The position numbers and the translations under genes were made by a program. Below, piece after piece: positions 48,244 to 57,829 of a stretch of 64,000 bases of DNA. The stretch comes from a virus. Its lineage: Duplodnaviria > Caudoviricetes. Within the stretch, counting starts at the first letter, position 1. Each line of letters opens with the position of its first letter. The notes under the pieces were generated by a model. It had not been told where the DNA came from. It did no database searches and saw nothing but the letters and a program-made list of their open reading frames with translations. The stretch is from the IMG/VR virus record IMGVR_UViG_3300033121_002193, positions 32,001 to 96,000 of that record. One strand, 5' to 3'.

Positions 48244-49047
48244 ATGATTAAAATACCAGAAGAAAACAAACATTTTTCTAAAAAATCTTTAGTACAAACA
48301 TTAAAGAATACACAACCAATCCCATTTCCTGTTCCAAAAAAAAACAATATTCCTAAGACTTTTATATTAGCAATAGGAGTAGACGGTTTTGATAAGGAAA
48401 ATCAATTATTTTTTGCAGCTAAAGACGCACAAGATTTTGCTGATAAAATCGCATTAAACAATTCAAGAAAACAAACTTTTAGTATTGTATTAAAAAACAA
48501 TTACGCGACTAATATAAGTATCATGTCTGCGTTTAAATGGATTGAACAAAGTGCAGAAGAACAAGATGATGTTCATATCTTATTTTCTGGACATGGCACT
48601 GTTGATTTTGCAACTTTAAGATATTATTTTTTGTCTTATTCTCCAAAACAAAAACTTACATCCGACAGTTTATTGTCTGATGTTTGGATATCCAGTCTAA
48701 TTGGAAATATCAAAGGAAACGTTAGATTTTTTCTAGATAGTTGCTTTAGTAATAATTTCAATGACTATTTAATTAATTATCACCCTAAAATAAAATCACA
48801 ACAATTATCTTCTTATTCTTCTTCTTTGTCTTGGAAAATGTCATACGAAAATATTCCGTTTAAAAATGGTTTTTTTACCAAATCTATTTTAAATGCGTTA
48901 GATAGAAATCAATATATTTTCAAATATACTAAACAAACAGAAAAGCAATTAGGCCTAAGGCTTGATTGGAATCTTTTTGAATTAAGCAAAGGACTTCAAG
49001 GCTCTGGATTTTTTTATTGTACACAGCAACAACAAAAAATAAAATAA
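48244..49047 (+). CDS. Caspase-like (peptidase C14) protein
   Basis: LAIGVD, FSGHG and FLDSC (His-Cys dyad), NGFFTKSIL. Confidence 0.85.
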   Translation: MIKIPEENKHFSKKSLVQTLKNTQPIPFPVPKKNNIPKTFILAIGVDGFDKENQLFFAAKDAQDFADKIALNNSRKQTFSIVLKNNYATNISIMSAFKWIEQSAEEQDDVHILFSGHGTVDFATLRYYFLSYSPKQKLTSDSLLSDVWISSLIGNIKGNVRFFLDSCFSNNFNDYLINYHPKIKSQQLSSYSSSLSWKMSYENIPFKNGFFTKSILNALDRNQYIFKYTKQTEKQLGLRLDWNLFELSKGLQGSGFFYCTQQQQKIK

Positions 49048-49123
49048 CATGTTTTATTTGCAATGCAATTTTATGTGTGATATACTTGTCTCATAAAACG
49101 CTGAAAAAAAAAGAGAGATAAAA

Positions 49124-49732
49124 ATGAATTTAAAAAATATAATTACATTATTAATATTACTAACAAGCATTAATTGTAATGGTATTTCAAAAATAAAATT
49201 AAAATACTATGATTCAAATTCTGAAAATGAACAGATGTTATTATTAGATAGCGCAAAGAAGTTTAATGCTCTTATCGGTTGTGAGGCAGTAACTTTAGAA
49301 CATGTAGAAAAAACAAAAGAAGCGATTATTGGCAACGGAATTTCTGAAATTCAAATATTAGAATCAAATGTCATGAATATTTTGGCTGAAAAATCAGCGG
49401 CAGCATATGGAATAGACAAAGCAGCTGCAGTTACTTTTTTTGAAGATGATGATGTGTTTATCTCTAGACATAAATTAACGGATTGTTATTATGAAGACTT
49501 TGGACAGTGTGTTTATCTTAAAATAGACATTGTGTTTTTTCATGAAATTGGGCATGTATTTGGATTAATGCATAGTGAAAATGAAAGCGATATTATGAAT
49601 AAAATACCGGCAAACAAACATTCTGCTAATGATTTTATTGATTTTATTAATCAGTTACAAACAAAAACAAATATTTGTGATAAAAAAATAAATACTAATA
49701 CGTTTTTAACAATACAGAGAGATAAACAATGA
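49124..49732 (+). CDS. Matrixin-like zinc metalloprotease, probable lipoprotein
   Basis: HEIGHVFGLMH..DIM Met-turn; signal peptide ending INC; preceded by the 3' part of the cassette leader (49097). Confidence 0.8.
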   Translation: MNLKNIITLLILLTSINCNGISKIKLKYYDSNSENEQMLLLDSAKKFNALIGCEAVTLEHVEKTKEAIIGNGISEIQILESNVMNILAEKSAAAYGIDKAAAVTFFEDDDVFISRHKLTDCYYEDFGQCVYLKIDIVFFHEIGHVFGLMHSENESDIMNKIPANKHSANDFIDFINQLQTKTNICDKKINTNTFLTIQRDKQ

Positions 49733-50169
49733 AAATAACAAATGATGAAAAAACTTTAATAACTAAAGAAGAACAAACATGGCCACCTGAATATTGTGAA
49801 GTATATCTTGTTGATGAAAACAATTATGGAACTATTTTTTTTCGTGAAGAAAAAACTATAATTATAAAAGAACACGATAAAGAACAAAAAATACCAATTG
49901 ATAATATCATCGGTCAATATTGGGTTCCGACTTGTGAAAAAAGAATCTCTGGGATATGGTATCTTACAAATGTTGATATTATCTTACCTAGAAAAAACCT
50001 TTGGTTATATAGAAAACATTATAATGAAAAATATCCAACAAAAAAACAGCTGGCTGTTTATGATGAATGTTTAGCTGCATGGCTTATTGGAAATTCAGAA
50101 TATAATCACGGTGAACTTCAAGATGACTTTGATTATTATCAAATAGTACAAGAACCAAATGATCCTTAA
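49729..50169 (+). CDS. Hypothetical protein
   Basis: 146 aa, ATGA overlap with the previous gene. Confidence 0.6.
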   Translation: MKITNDEKTLITKEEQTWPPEYCEVYLVDENNYGTIFFREEKTIIIKEHDKEQKIPIDNIIGQYWVPTCEKRISGIWYLTNVDIILPRKNLWLYRKHYNEKYPTKKQLAVYDECLAAWLIGNSEYNHGELQDDFDYYQIVQEPNDP

Positions 50170-50270
50170 TTAACAGCTGAATTAATTAAATCAAAGGAAA
50201 ATTATGCAATTAATATTAACAGAAACATTTTGGGATTTACATAGATTTAAACTAAAAGAACGCTATTACA

Positions 50271-50771
50271 TTGCTCGAGTTACAAAAGCTCATGTATTTT
50301 ATGCAAGAGACGGGAGAGCCTTTGAAGCTCCACTTTAAAAAAGCGCTATATGGACCATATGCTGAAAACCTAAGGCATGTGCTCAACTATATTGAAGGGC
50401 ATTTTGTCAGTGGTTATCTTGATGGCGGCGATGATCCGACCAAGCCTTTAGAACTCAAGCCCAACGCTGTTCAAGAAGCGGAGCTTTACCTCAAAAATCA
50501 CCCTGCAACCAATGAGCGGTTGGAACGGGTCACCCAGCTTATTCAAGGATTTGAGACGCCCTACGGAATGGAGCTATTGTCTACAGTTTATTGGATAGCC
50601 AAAGATAAAAATGTGTTGGATGCAGAACAGGTCGTTAATGAATTTCATAATTTGAACGAGCGTAAACGCATGTTTAGTAGCGAGCATATTATGGTTACCC
50701 TAAAAACACTTCGTATTAAGCATTGGATAAAATCGTTATCAATTAAATTCGGAAGGAGAAGAAATTCATAA
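50271..50771 (+). CDS. DarG C-terminal domain, shorter copy (may be a pseudogene)
   Basis: LLELQKLMYFMQETGEPLKL..YGPYAENLRHVL..GFETPYGMELLSTVYW; no macrodomain; no clear RBS. Confidence 0.7.
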   Translation: MLELQKLMYFMQETGEPLKLHFKKALYGPYAENLRHVLNYIEGHFVSGYLDGGDDPTKPLELKPNAVQEAELYLKNHPATNERLERVTQLIQGFETPYGMELLSTVYWIAKDKNVLDAEQVVNEFHNLNERKRMFSSEHIMVTLKTLRIKHWIKSLSIKFGRRRNS

Positions 50772-50773
50772 AA

Positions 50774-50974
50774 ATGAAAATTTTACTAGACATAAAACCT
50801 GCCAAAGACAATTACTGTGGAGATGGGAACGGTAATTTTTGTCCTTTTATGTTAAAAAGGAAATTTGGCACAATCCCATTCTGTTCCGTTTTCGATAAGG
50901 ATTTGCCAATAACAAATAGAAAAATAACCAGGCTAGAAGAATGCGTTTGTTCCACAGCGAGTGGATTGTTATAA
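50774..50974 (+). CDS. Small Cys-rich hypothetical protein
   Basis: 66 aa, AAGGAG upstream. Confidence 0.55.
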   Translation: MKILLDIKPAKDNYCGDGNGNFCPFMLKRKFGTIPFCSVFDKDLPITNRKITRLEECVCSTASGLL

Positions 50975-51103
50975 AGAAAGTTAATTTTATGCTATTAACA
51001 GAAATAAGAGACTACATTGCTTCAAATGCCGAGAATATTTTGTTCCACCCGTCAGATATGGTTGGGAATGAGATAAAATTTTAATAATAAGAAGGGACTA
51101 TAT

Positions 51104-51568
51104 ATGTATGTTGTTGAAGATTTAAATAAACTTGCGAGTTTGCTTGGTCGATTCAGGATTGACAGACTTACAGTATATCTAAATAAATATGATTTGTATG
51201 AAGCCCAGAAAAACATAGGCGATAAAATTGTATACCCTATTGTTGTATGGGGAAAAAATAATATTTTTACGACTGGAACTCTACACATCAAAGGAGTAGA
51301 AGAACAAGACAATGAATCAATCTCCGACGGAGTTAGCTTTGATCATTTCATCCCTCTACCAAGTCTATGCTTAAATCCATCCAATGAGCACCCCGATAGC
51401 GTAGAGTATAGGACAAAAACGACTATAAATGGAGTCCAATATTGTGCATCAACAATTTTGCCAACAGACTTCATCAAAAATGAGGGAGACATAAACGCCA
51501 TCCGCCAAGTGCATAAAGAAAAAATATTAAAATCAGTTTTAGAAAAATCAAAAGATGGCTATACATAG
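51104..51568 (+). CDS. Hypothetical protein
   Basis: 154 aa, GAAGGG RBS. Confidence 0.6.
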   Translation: MYVVEDLNKLASLLGRFRIDRLTVYLNKYDLYEAQKNIGDKIVYPIVVWGKNNIFTTGTLHIKGVEEQDNESISDGVSFDHFIPLPSLCLNPSNEHPDSVEYRTKTTINGVQYCASTILPTDFIKNEGDINAIRQVHKEKILKSVLEKSKDGYT

Positions 51569-51708
51569 TATGCAATTTTATCGGTATGGTTCTTGTTATG
51601 GTGTGAGTTTGGACATTATAAATTTATTAAGGCAATAGGAAGCAAGTGGGCGCCAATGCCAAAATTTCCAGCGAATGAACTAGATTTAAAATGAGCTAAG
51701 TTTTTTAG

Positions 51709-51930
51709 ATGGACGGAGATCCCATGATGAAAAATAAAGAACACCAAAGCTTATGGACGGTGATAAAAAAATCAGGCCTATTTTCTCAGAACCCAGTTAG
51801 AATGACATATGAAATATCATATGAACAATTAATGATATTATGTGAAATACTGAATGGGCCTGGGAATAGAAAAACACTGCGAAGAAAAATAATAAAGATG
51901 TTTAGGCCAATAAAATGCGAAAAACAATAG
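51709..51930 (+). CDS. Hypothetical protein
   Basis: 73 aa; GGAG before an internal ATG. Confidence 0.45.
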   Translation: MDGDPMMKNKEHQSLWTVIKKSGLFSQNPVRMTYEISYEQLMILCEILNGPGNRKTLRRKIIKMFRPIKCEKQ

Positions 51931-52037
51931 GTGTGAAATGTGTACGCCTGTACCATTAGCGCCGATTGATTAGGCAACATTATGATAGGGGATTAGATGA
52001 GAATGTTGAAAATTTTAACAACAAGAAGAGATTCCAT

Positions 52038-52658
52038 ATGTGTGTTGCTGAAGATTTAAATAAAGAGAATTTTGCCGAACGGCAGATCCCGGAGATGACC
52101 ATCGGCCACGCAGCACTAGTAATGCTAATGCGTCGTTATTTAAGCGCCTTGATGGATCCAACTATTACATTGCTCGAGTTACAAAAGCTCATGTATTTTA
52201 TGCAAGAGACGGGAGAGCCTTTGAAGCTCCACTTTAAAAAAGCGCTATATGGACCATATGCTGAAAACCTAAGGCATGTGCTCAACTATATTGAAGGGCA
52301 TTTTGTCAGTGGTTATCTTGATGGCGGCGATGATCCGACCAAGCCTTTAGAACTCAAGCCCAACGCTGTTCAAGAAGCGGAGCTTTACCTCAAAAATCAC
52401 CCTGCAACCAATGAGCGGTTGGAACGGGTCACCCAGCTTATTCAAGGATTTGAGACGCCCTACGGAATGGAGCTATTGTCTACAGTTTATTGGATAGCCA
52501 AAGATAAAAATGTGTTGGATGCAGAACAGGTCGTTAATGAATTTCATAATTTGAACGAGCGTAAACGTATGTTTAGTAGCGAGCATATTATGGTTACCCT
52601 AAAAACACTTCGTATTAAGCATTGGATAAAACCAGTATTATGTAGCAGCTACACCTAA
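52038..52658 (+). CDS. Stand-alone DarG C-terminal (DarT-binding) domain fused to a phage-type start
   Basis: MCVAEDLNK + PEMTIGHAALVMLMRRYLSALMDPTITLLELQKLMYF..; start region paralogous to 51104. Confidence 0.75.
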   Translation: MCVAEDLNKENFAERQIPEMTIGHAALVMLMRRYLSALMDPTITLLELQKLMYFMQETGEPLKLHFKKALYGPYAENLRHVLNYIEGHFVSGYLDGGDDPTKPLELKPNAVQEAELYLKNHPATNERLERVTQLIQGFETPYGMELLSTVYWIAKDKNVLDAEQVVNEFHNLNERKRMFSSEHIMVTLKTLRIKHWIKPVLCSSYT

Positions 52659-53100
52659 ATTTTACTTAGATTAATCTGATTAATTCCAATAATCATTTTC
52701 TTTATTTTTGCGTTAGTTTGATCGTCTTCTCCAAAAAAAGAAAATCCATTTTTTTGATACCAAGCTACGGAATCTATTTTGATATGAACAACAATTCCAA
52801 CACATCCGGATATAGTAGATTGTTCGTGAGCTTTATTGAAACTTAATTGAAGAAGTTTTTACCTACACCTTTTTTTTGATGATTGGTAATTACCGCAAAT
52901 CTAGCAATTAAAAATATTTAAAACTGACCCGCTATCCACTTTTCTTGTCATTGGAGGTACGCCCTGAATTCCGTGATTTATAGCATTTTATATTGTCTTT
53001 GCCATTAACGATTTTAAGACATTTTGCAAAGCTTTAAGATAGGTATCATTTAAAGTAAAGATTAGGTTATAATTTAAGGTGCAGTTGTTATACAATACCG
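52633..53100. mobile_element. Non-autonomous IS1595-type remnant (MITE-like) containing a degenerate IS1 end
   Basis: Left end matches the 34679 TIR; right end AGGTGCAGTTGTTATACAATACCG; TTTAAAACTGACCCGCTATC near 52917. Confidence 0.55.
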
Positions 53101-53240
53101 AAAAATCTTGTAGACATTTATGTATCATCTAACGAAAAGTGTGTTTAAACTTGTTTTTAATTATGTTGTTACAATAAAATACATGGCCCATATGTAAAAA
53201 AAACTACCACAAAAAATCAACTCATATAATGTTTCTTTTT

Positions 53241-53651
53241 TCATTTGTTTTTTCCTTTTTGTATTAATAATTTATTATCAGCTATAAAATCACAAGCTGA
53301 TAAAATTAAATATTGTCTACATATTTCATCTATTATGTTTTCTTTTTTATTTTTTATTTGCAAATAACACAAAAAATAACTATTGCAAGATAATAACATA
53401 AATTTTGTTTCCCATGTACACATTTTAATCCATGGTGTAAAAAAATTATTTTGTATTAAGTAATTATTAATATCTATTATAGTTTTGTCTGTTAAATTTT
53501 TACACTTAACATGATGCACAATAAAAGAAACAGCCATATCTAAAAACTGATCATGCATTTTTTGTAATTTTTTATCAGTTCGTAAAGACTTAATAAATAA
53601 TAAGCTATTTTCGAAATTATTCTTTTTCATTTTTATTTTTCCTATTGACAA
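53241..53651 (-). CDS. Hypothetical protein
   Basis: 136 aa ORF. Confidence 0.5.
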   Translation of the reverse strand: MSIGKIKMKKNNFENSLLFIKSLRTDKKLQKMHDQFLDMAVSFIVHHVKCKNLTDKTIIDINNYLIQNNFFTPWIKMCTWETKFMLLSCNSYFLCYLQIKNKKENIIDEICRQYLILSACDFIADNKLLIQKGKNK

Positions 53652-53690
53652 ATATTATTTTTTTAATAATTGTGATTTCTTTACTGGGTT

Positions 53691-53730
53691 AAAAGGGGCT
53701 CTTCACCCTCTCAAAGTGAGCCCCTTTTTT
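53691..53730. terminator. GC-rich hairpin with A/T tails
   Basis: AAAAGGGGCTC..GAGCCCCTTTTTT. Confidence 0.55.
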
Positions 53731-53830
53731 TATTTCTATCCGATAAAAAATATTTGTCAAAAATAATGCATAAAAAAACTTATAATATTTCTATTGTAAA
53801 ATCTATCTTTTTTATGTTAGAAACACAAAA

Positions 53831-54019
53831 ATGAAAAAAGAACTCTACGGAATTTTGTTGTTTTTTTTATTTTCTATTGTTATAACGATAGAACCATTTA
53901 ATACAATTTTTAAAAAACTATTAATTCTTTTGATTTATATTTTGTTGCGCTTAACAAAAAGAATGCTTCTTTTTTTAGAAAAAGCACTAAAATATTTAAC
54001 GAAAAATGATAATCAATAA
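53831..54019 (+). CDS. Small membrane protein
   Basis: 62 aa, hydrophobic. Confidence 0.4.
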   Translation: MKKELYGILLFFLFSIVITIEPFNTIFKKLLILLIYILLRLTKRMLLFLEKALKYLTKNDNQ

Positions 54020-54214
54020 TATTAAAATCATTTGACTTTTATTTTAATTATGATAAATAGATTTTAGATGAGTTAAAAAAACGATGAAAAAGTTTGAGAA
54101 AGGAGAATTGACGATGAAATACAAAAAGCTACATTTTTGATAAATTATTTTTTTCGCTGAAACACATAAAGTAAAAAAACAATAAACAAGATAAAATTTA
54201 ATGGAGATATTATT

Positions 54215-55480
54215 ATGACAATGATTGCTATTAACAGTTATGAACAACAAAATTACCCAATGCTTACTAGAAGTTTACGAAATGCAACTGTAGGGTTGTA
54301 TCGAAAAACTTCAAAAACAAAACAAATAACTCTTAAAAAGAACAACAAGGAATCCTTTAATCAACAAGAACAACTTGAAATTGAAGATTATGACATTACA
54401 TCTGTTCCTAATGATTTTAATGTTGCGACCATTTTTTCACAAATCGAAAAAGGAAGTTTAAAAATCCCCCCTTTTCAAAGAAATTATGTTTGGGACATTA
54501 AAAGAGCAAGCAAATTAATAGAATCTATTTTAAGAGGTTTGCCTATTCCTCAAATATTTTTATACGAAACAGAAAAAAAGGAATATTTAGTAATTGATGG
54601 ACAACAAAGATTGATGTCTATTTATTATTTTATGAAAATGATGTTTCCTGTAAAAGAAAAAAGAGCGGAATTAAGAAAACAATGTGATTCAGGCCATGTT
54701 TCTGAAAAACTTTTACAAAACGATACTTACTTTAAAACATTTAAGCTAAAATTGCCTGATAATGTATTAGGAAAACCAAACAAATTTAAAAATTTGACAT
54801 ATGAAACTTTAAGTGAAGTAGATAAAGAAACTTTTGAATTAAGTCCGATTCGTTGTGTTGTTATTAAACAAAACAAAATACATGCAGATGATTCGTGTGT
54901 ATTTGAAATATTTCATAGACTTAATTCTGGTGGGATAAATTTACATCCACAAGAAATAAGAATGAGTTTATACTATTCTCGGTTTTTTGAAACATTAAAC
55001 AACTTAAATAACCAACCTGAATGGAGACGTTTATTTTGCTTAGAAAACCCAGAATTTCACACAAAAGATATTGAAACAATTTTACGCGGTTTTGCTTTGC
55101 TAGAATGGGAAGATAAATACACCCCTTCATTGATTAAATTTTTAAACAATTATAGCAAAAAAAGCCAATCAAACACCGATGAAGAAAATAATTATATGAA
55201 ATGTTTGTTTTTATCTTTTTTGCAAGCAACAAAGAAATTGCCAAAAAACGCTTTTATACGCAATGATAAATTTAATTTAACTTTATTTGAATCTGTTTTT
55301 GTTGCAACTTGCACCAATGCATTTAAAACAAAAACAATTGTCACTAACAGTATTGATTATGACAAGATTATGGAACTGTCAACTGATTCTGTGTTTCTAG
55401 AGGCGGCACAAAAAAACACAACCTCTACTATAAATGTCAAAAAAAGAATTTTACGCGCAATCCAAATTTTAAATACCTAA
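54215..55480 (+). CDS. DUF262 (ParB/GmrS-like) protein
   Basis: PPFQRNYVW, LIESILRGLPIP, IDGQQRL, IFHRLNSGG. Confidence 0.9.
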   Translation: MTMIAINSYEQQNYPMLTRSLRNATVGLYRKTSKTKQITLKKNNKESFNQQEQLEIEDYDITSVPNDFNVATIFSQIEKGSLKIPPFQRNYVWDIKRASKLIESILRGLPIPQIFLYETEKKEYLVIDGQQRLMSIYYFMKMMFPVKEKRAELRKQCDSGHVSEKLLQNDTYFKTFKLKLPDNVLGKPNKFKNLTYETLSEVDKETFELSPIRCVVIKQNKIHADDSCVFEIFHRLNSGGINLHPQEIRMSLYYSRFFETLNNLNNQPEWRRLFCLENPEFHTKDIETILRGFALLEWEDKYTPSLIKFLNNYSKKSQSNTDEENNYMKCLFLSFLQATKKLPKNAFIRNDKFNLTLFESVFVATCTNAFKTKTIVTNSIDYDKIMELSTDSVFLEAAQKNTTSTINVKKRILRAIQILNT

Positions 55481-55615
55481 GGGGTTGACTTTGAATTTTT
55501 CGTTATATAACACTTTTAATAGCAGTTAATAATCTTTAACAAAGGAGGATGTATAAAAACGTGTAAACCCAGGCACATTTTAAAGAAAAAAAAACAATCA
55601 AACGATGAGGGTGAA

Positions 55616-55864
55616 ATGCAAAAGATAGAATACAATGCGCTTCTTAGACATTATGATGATGAAGTAAATATAAAAATTAACAATTTTAATAATTTTTTAA
55701 AAGGACTGATAAAACTCAATTATCCGATTACAGGAATGTCTAACACATTGATGAAGCAATGCATTGATTTAGAAGAACGTTTGCTTTCAATGGCAAGCTT
55801 AGAACTAAATGAATCTGCAGACACAGATGAAACCAATAACAACGATAAAAATAAAAGAGATTAA
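55616..55864 (+). CDS. Hypothetical protein
   Basis: 82 aa, GAGG RBS. Confidence 0.5.
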   Translation: MQKIEYNALLRHYDDEVNIKINNFNNFLKGLIKLNYPITGMSNTLMKQCIDLEERLLSMASLELNESADTDETNNNDKNKRD

Positions 55865-55921
55865 AGCTTTATAGATAGTTTATTATTGACTTGTAATAAA
55901 CTATCTAATAAATAGTTAATA

Positions 55922-56167
55922 ATGCCAGTATTTCAACTTGATTACTTTGTTGGAAAAAATAAAATTCAGCAAATAGTAAAGTATTATCACGGCATGCAAC
56001 ATCCGTACAGGATTTTTACTTACATTAATCGATTTAATGCTGGATTTGCAAAACAAAAAGAAACATTAGAAGAATGTATTTGGATTACCTTCAGCACGAT
56101 TAATGATGCTCACACCGATTTATTTTGGGAAAAACCAAATTTCATGAAAATGCTAAAAATGCCATAA
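55922..56167 (+). CDS. Hypothetical protein
   Basis: 81 aa ORF. Confidence 0.5.
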   Translation: MPVFQLDYFVGKNKIQQIVKYYHGMQHPYRIFTYINRFNAGFAKQKETLEECIWITFSTINDAHTDLFWEKPNFMKMLKMP

Positions 56168-56209
56168 AAATATTTAGCCTTATTTTAATATTTATGCTAT
56201 ATAACACTC

Positions 56210-56677
56210 ATGGCTTTTCAAATGTATTTTTTTGTTGAAAAATGCGTAAATGAAAAATGGATTTCTTGCGATTTATGGGAACAAGATTTTTACTATAAAA
56301 ATTGTTTTTTTGTTCCTGATAAATATTGTTTTATTAAACATAAAACCACAGAACTTGCTTCTATATTAACAGGATACAAAAATTTAATTGAACCAATTAA
56401 ATACTCTTATGACATTCCAAAAAATGTTTGTTTTCCTGTAAAATTACTCATAGATTATGAGAAAAATTACGGTGGCGGATTCACTAAATGCCACAATTCT
56501 TACAATATTGATGAATTAGTTGAATTTTTTGAAAACAAAAAACATACTCAAAAAACAAAAAAATTCATTGATAGTCACTTGAAAGAGTTTACAAAAATAA
56601 CTCTTAAGAAATTAAAACAAATTAAGAACAAAAAAGAAGTTTCAAATGTGCGTATCATTGTTTGGTTAGAAAATTAA
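56210..56677 (+). CDS. Conserved phage hypothetical, probable paralog of 27296
   Basis: FFVEK..KW..HNSYNIDEL..VRIIVWLEN. Confidence 0.55.
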   Translation: MAFQMYFFVEKCVNEKWISCDLWEQDFYYKNCFFVPDKYCFIKHKTTELASILTGYKNLIEPIKYSYDIPKNVCFPVKLLIDYEKNYGGGFTKCHNSYNIDELVEFFENKKHTQKTKKFIDSHLKEFTKITLKKLKQIKNKKEVSNVRIIVWLEN

Positions 56678-56982
56678 GGTTTTTTACAAAAACTATCCAA
56701 GATTTGATTAGTTTTTTTGTCGACTATTTTACCATTTTTTTGCAATTCAGATGTAACTTTACAAAATTCATCTTTTGGTTTTCTATATAACCCTGTGTTT
56801 TCATCTAAACATAGTTCATTTTTTGTTTGATAAGAATCATTTGAAAACAAATTTATTTGTCTTTCTAAGTTTAATTGCGCTTCAGTTTGATTGGTATTAA
56901 TAAAATCAGTTGTTATATTTTTAAAATTCTCCATCCAAGAAACACACGTTTTATTTCCATTGATTGAATTTCCACACGACAT
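56674..56982 (-). CDS. Hypothetical protein
   Basis: 102 aa, AAAGGA RBS. Confidence 0.5.
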   Translation of the reverse strand: MSCGNSINGNKTCVSWMENFKNITTDFINTNQTEAQLNLERQINLFSNDSYQTKNELCLDENTGLYRKPKDEFCKVTSELQKNGKIVDKKTNQILDSFCKKP

Positions 56983-56994
56983 AATATCATCCTT

Positions 56995-57351
56995 TCATAA
57001 ATAAAAATAAATTTGTTTTTTAAACCCATCTATCTCGTTACAAAAAAAATCATAATCTATAATCAATTCTTCTTTGTTTTCTTTTTGTATTTTAAAACAA
57101 CTATCTAATTCATTATTTGAATTATAAAAAAACTCAATGATTTTCCCATTGAAAAAATTTAACATGATTTTTTCTTGATTGTCAAAAAGAAAACAATAAT
57201 CGTTTTGACTTGCAAAAGTTTCATTATTTAATTCTGTTTTTATAGAGATATTGTATTGTTGGTTTAATTTAATGTCTCCAAATTCAAAACTTTCCAACAT
57301 CCCAATAATGGAAGTTCTTTTTACAATTTTTTTATTATCAATATTTGACAT
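56995..57351 (-). CDS. Hypothetical protein
   Basis: 118 aa, AAGGAG RBS. Confidence 0.6.
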   Translation of the reverse strand: MSNIDNKKIVKRTSIIGMLESFEFGDIKLNQQYNISIKTELNNETFASQNDYCFLFDNQEKIMLNFFNGKIIEFFYNSNNELDSCFKIQKENKEELIIDYDFFCNEIDGFKKQIYFYL

Positions 57352-57409
57352 ATACTCCTTTTTAAATTATTAAGTTATTAGCTGAAATAAAATTGGAGAA
57401 AAAAAAATA

Positions 57410-57829
57410 ATGTTTGAAATAACCTTTAAAAATTCATCTTTTGAAGTTTTTTCATTTAAACAGTTGTTTATAAATAAACACGAAACAGTTGGATATTTAA
57501 TTGTTCCTACATATTTCAGTGGAAAAATTGTCAGTTTTAAATATTTTTCAACATTAAGTAGTCTTTTTAAACTACATGGAATAAGTGTAATTGATATTGA
57601 TTTTTTTAACCAAATCATAACTAATAATAATCAAAACATAAATTTTGGGAAAATTCAATATTGGTTTCCAACTATTTTTTGGGAAAATTTAAAAAAAGCA
57701 ACAAATTCAACACTTACAGATCAATTCGAATATCTAATAAATTTAGAAAAAGAAGAAAATTATCAAAAACAACGTCTAATTATCTTGTTAACAGAATTGA
57801 ATAATGATATCTTGTCAATGTATTTATGA
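57410..57829 (+). CDS. Hypothetical protein
   Basis: 139 aa, GGAG RBS. Confidence 0.55.
   Translation: MFEITFKNSSFEVFSFKQLFINKHETVGYLIVPTYFSGKIVSFKYFSTLSSLFKLHGISVIDIDFFNQIITNNNQNINFGKIQYWFPTIFWENLKKATNSTLTDQFEYLINLEKEENYQKQRLIILLTELNNDILSMYL

Larger units (their letters stand above)
50263..52631 (+). repeat. 470-bp near-identical direct repeat (50263-50732 / 52162-52631)
   Basis: Both DarG-C copies; one substitution noticed (CGC/CGT). Confidence 0.9.
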
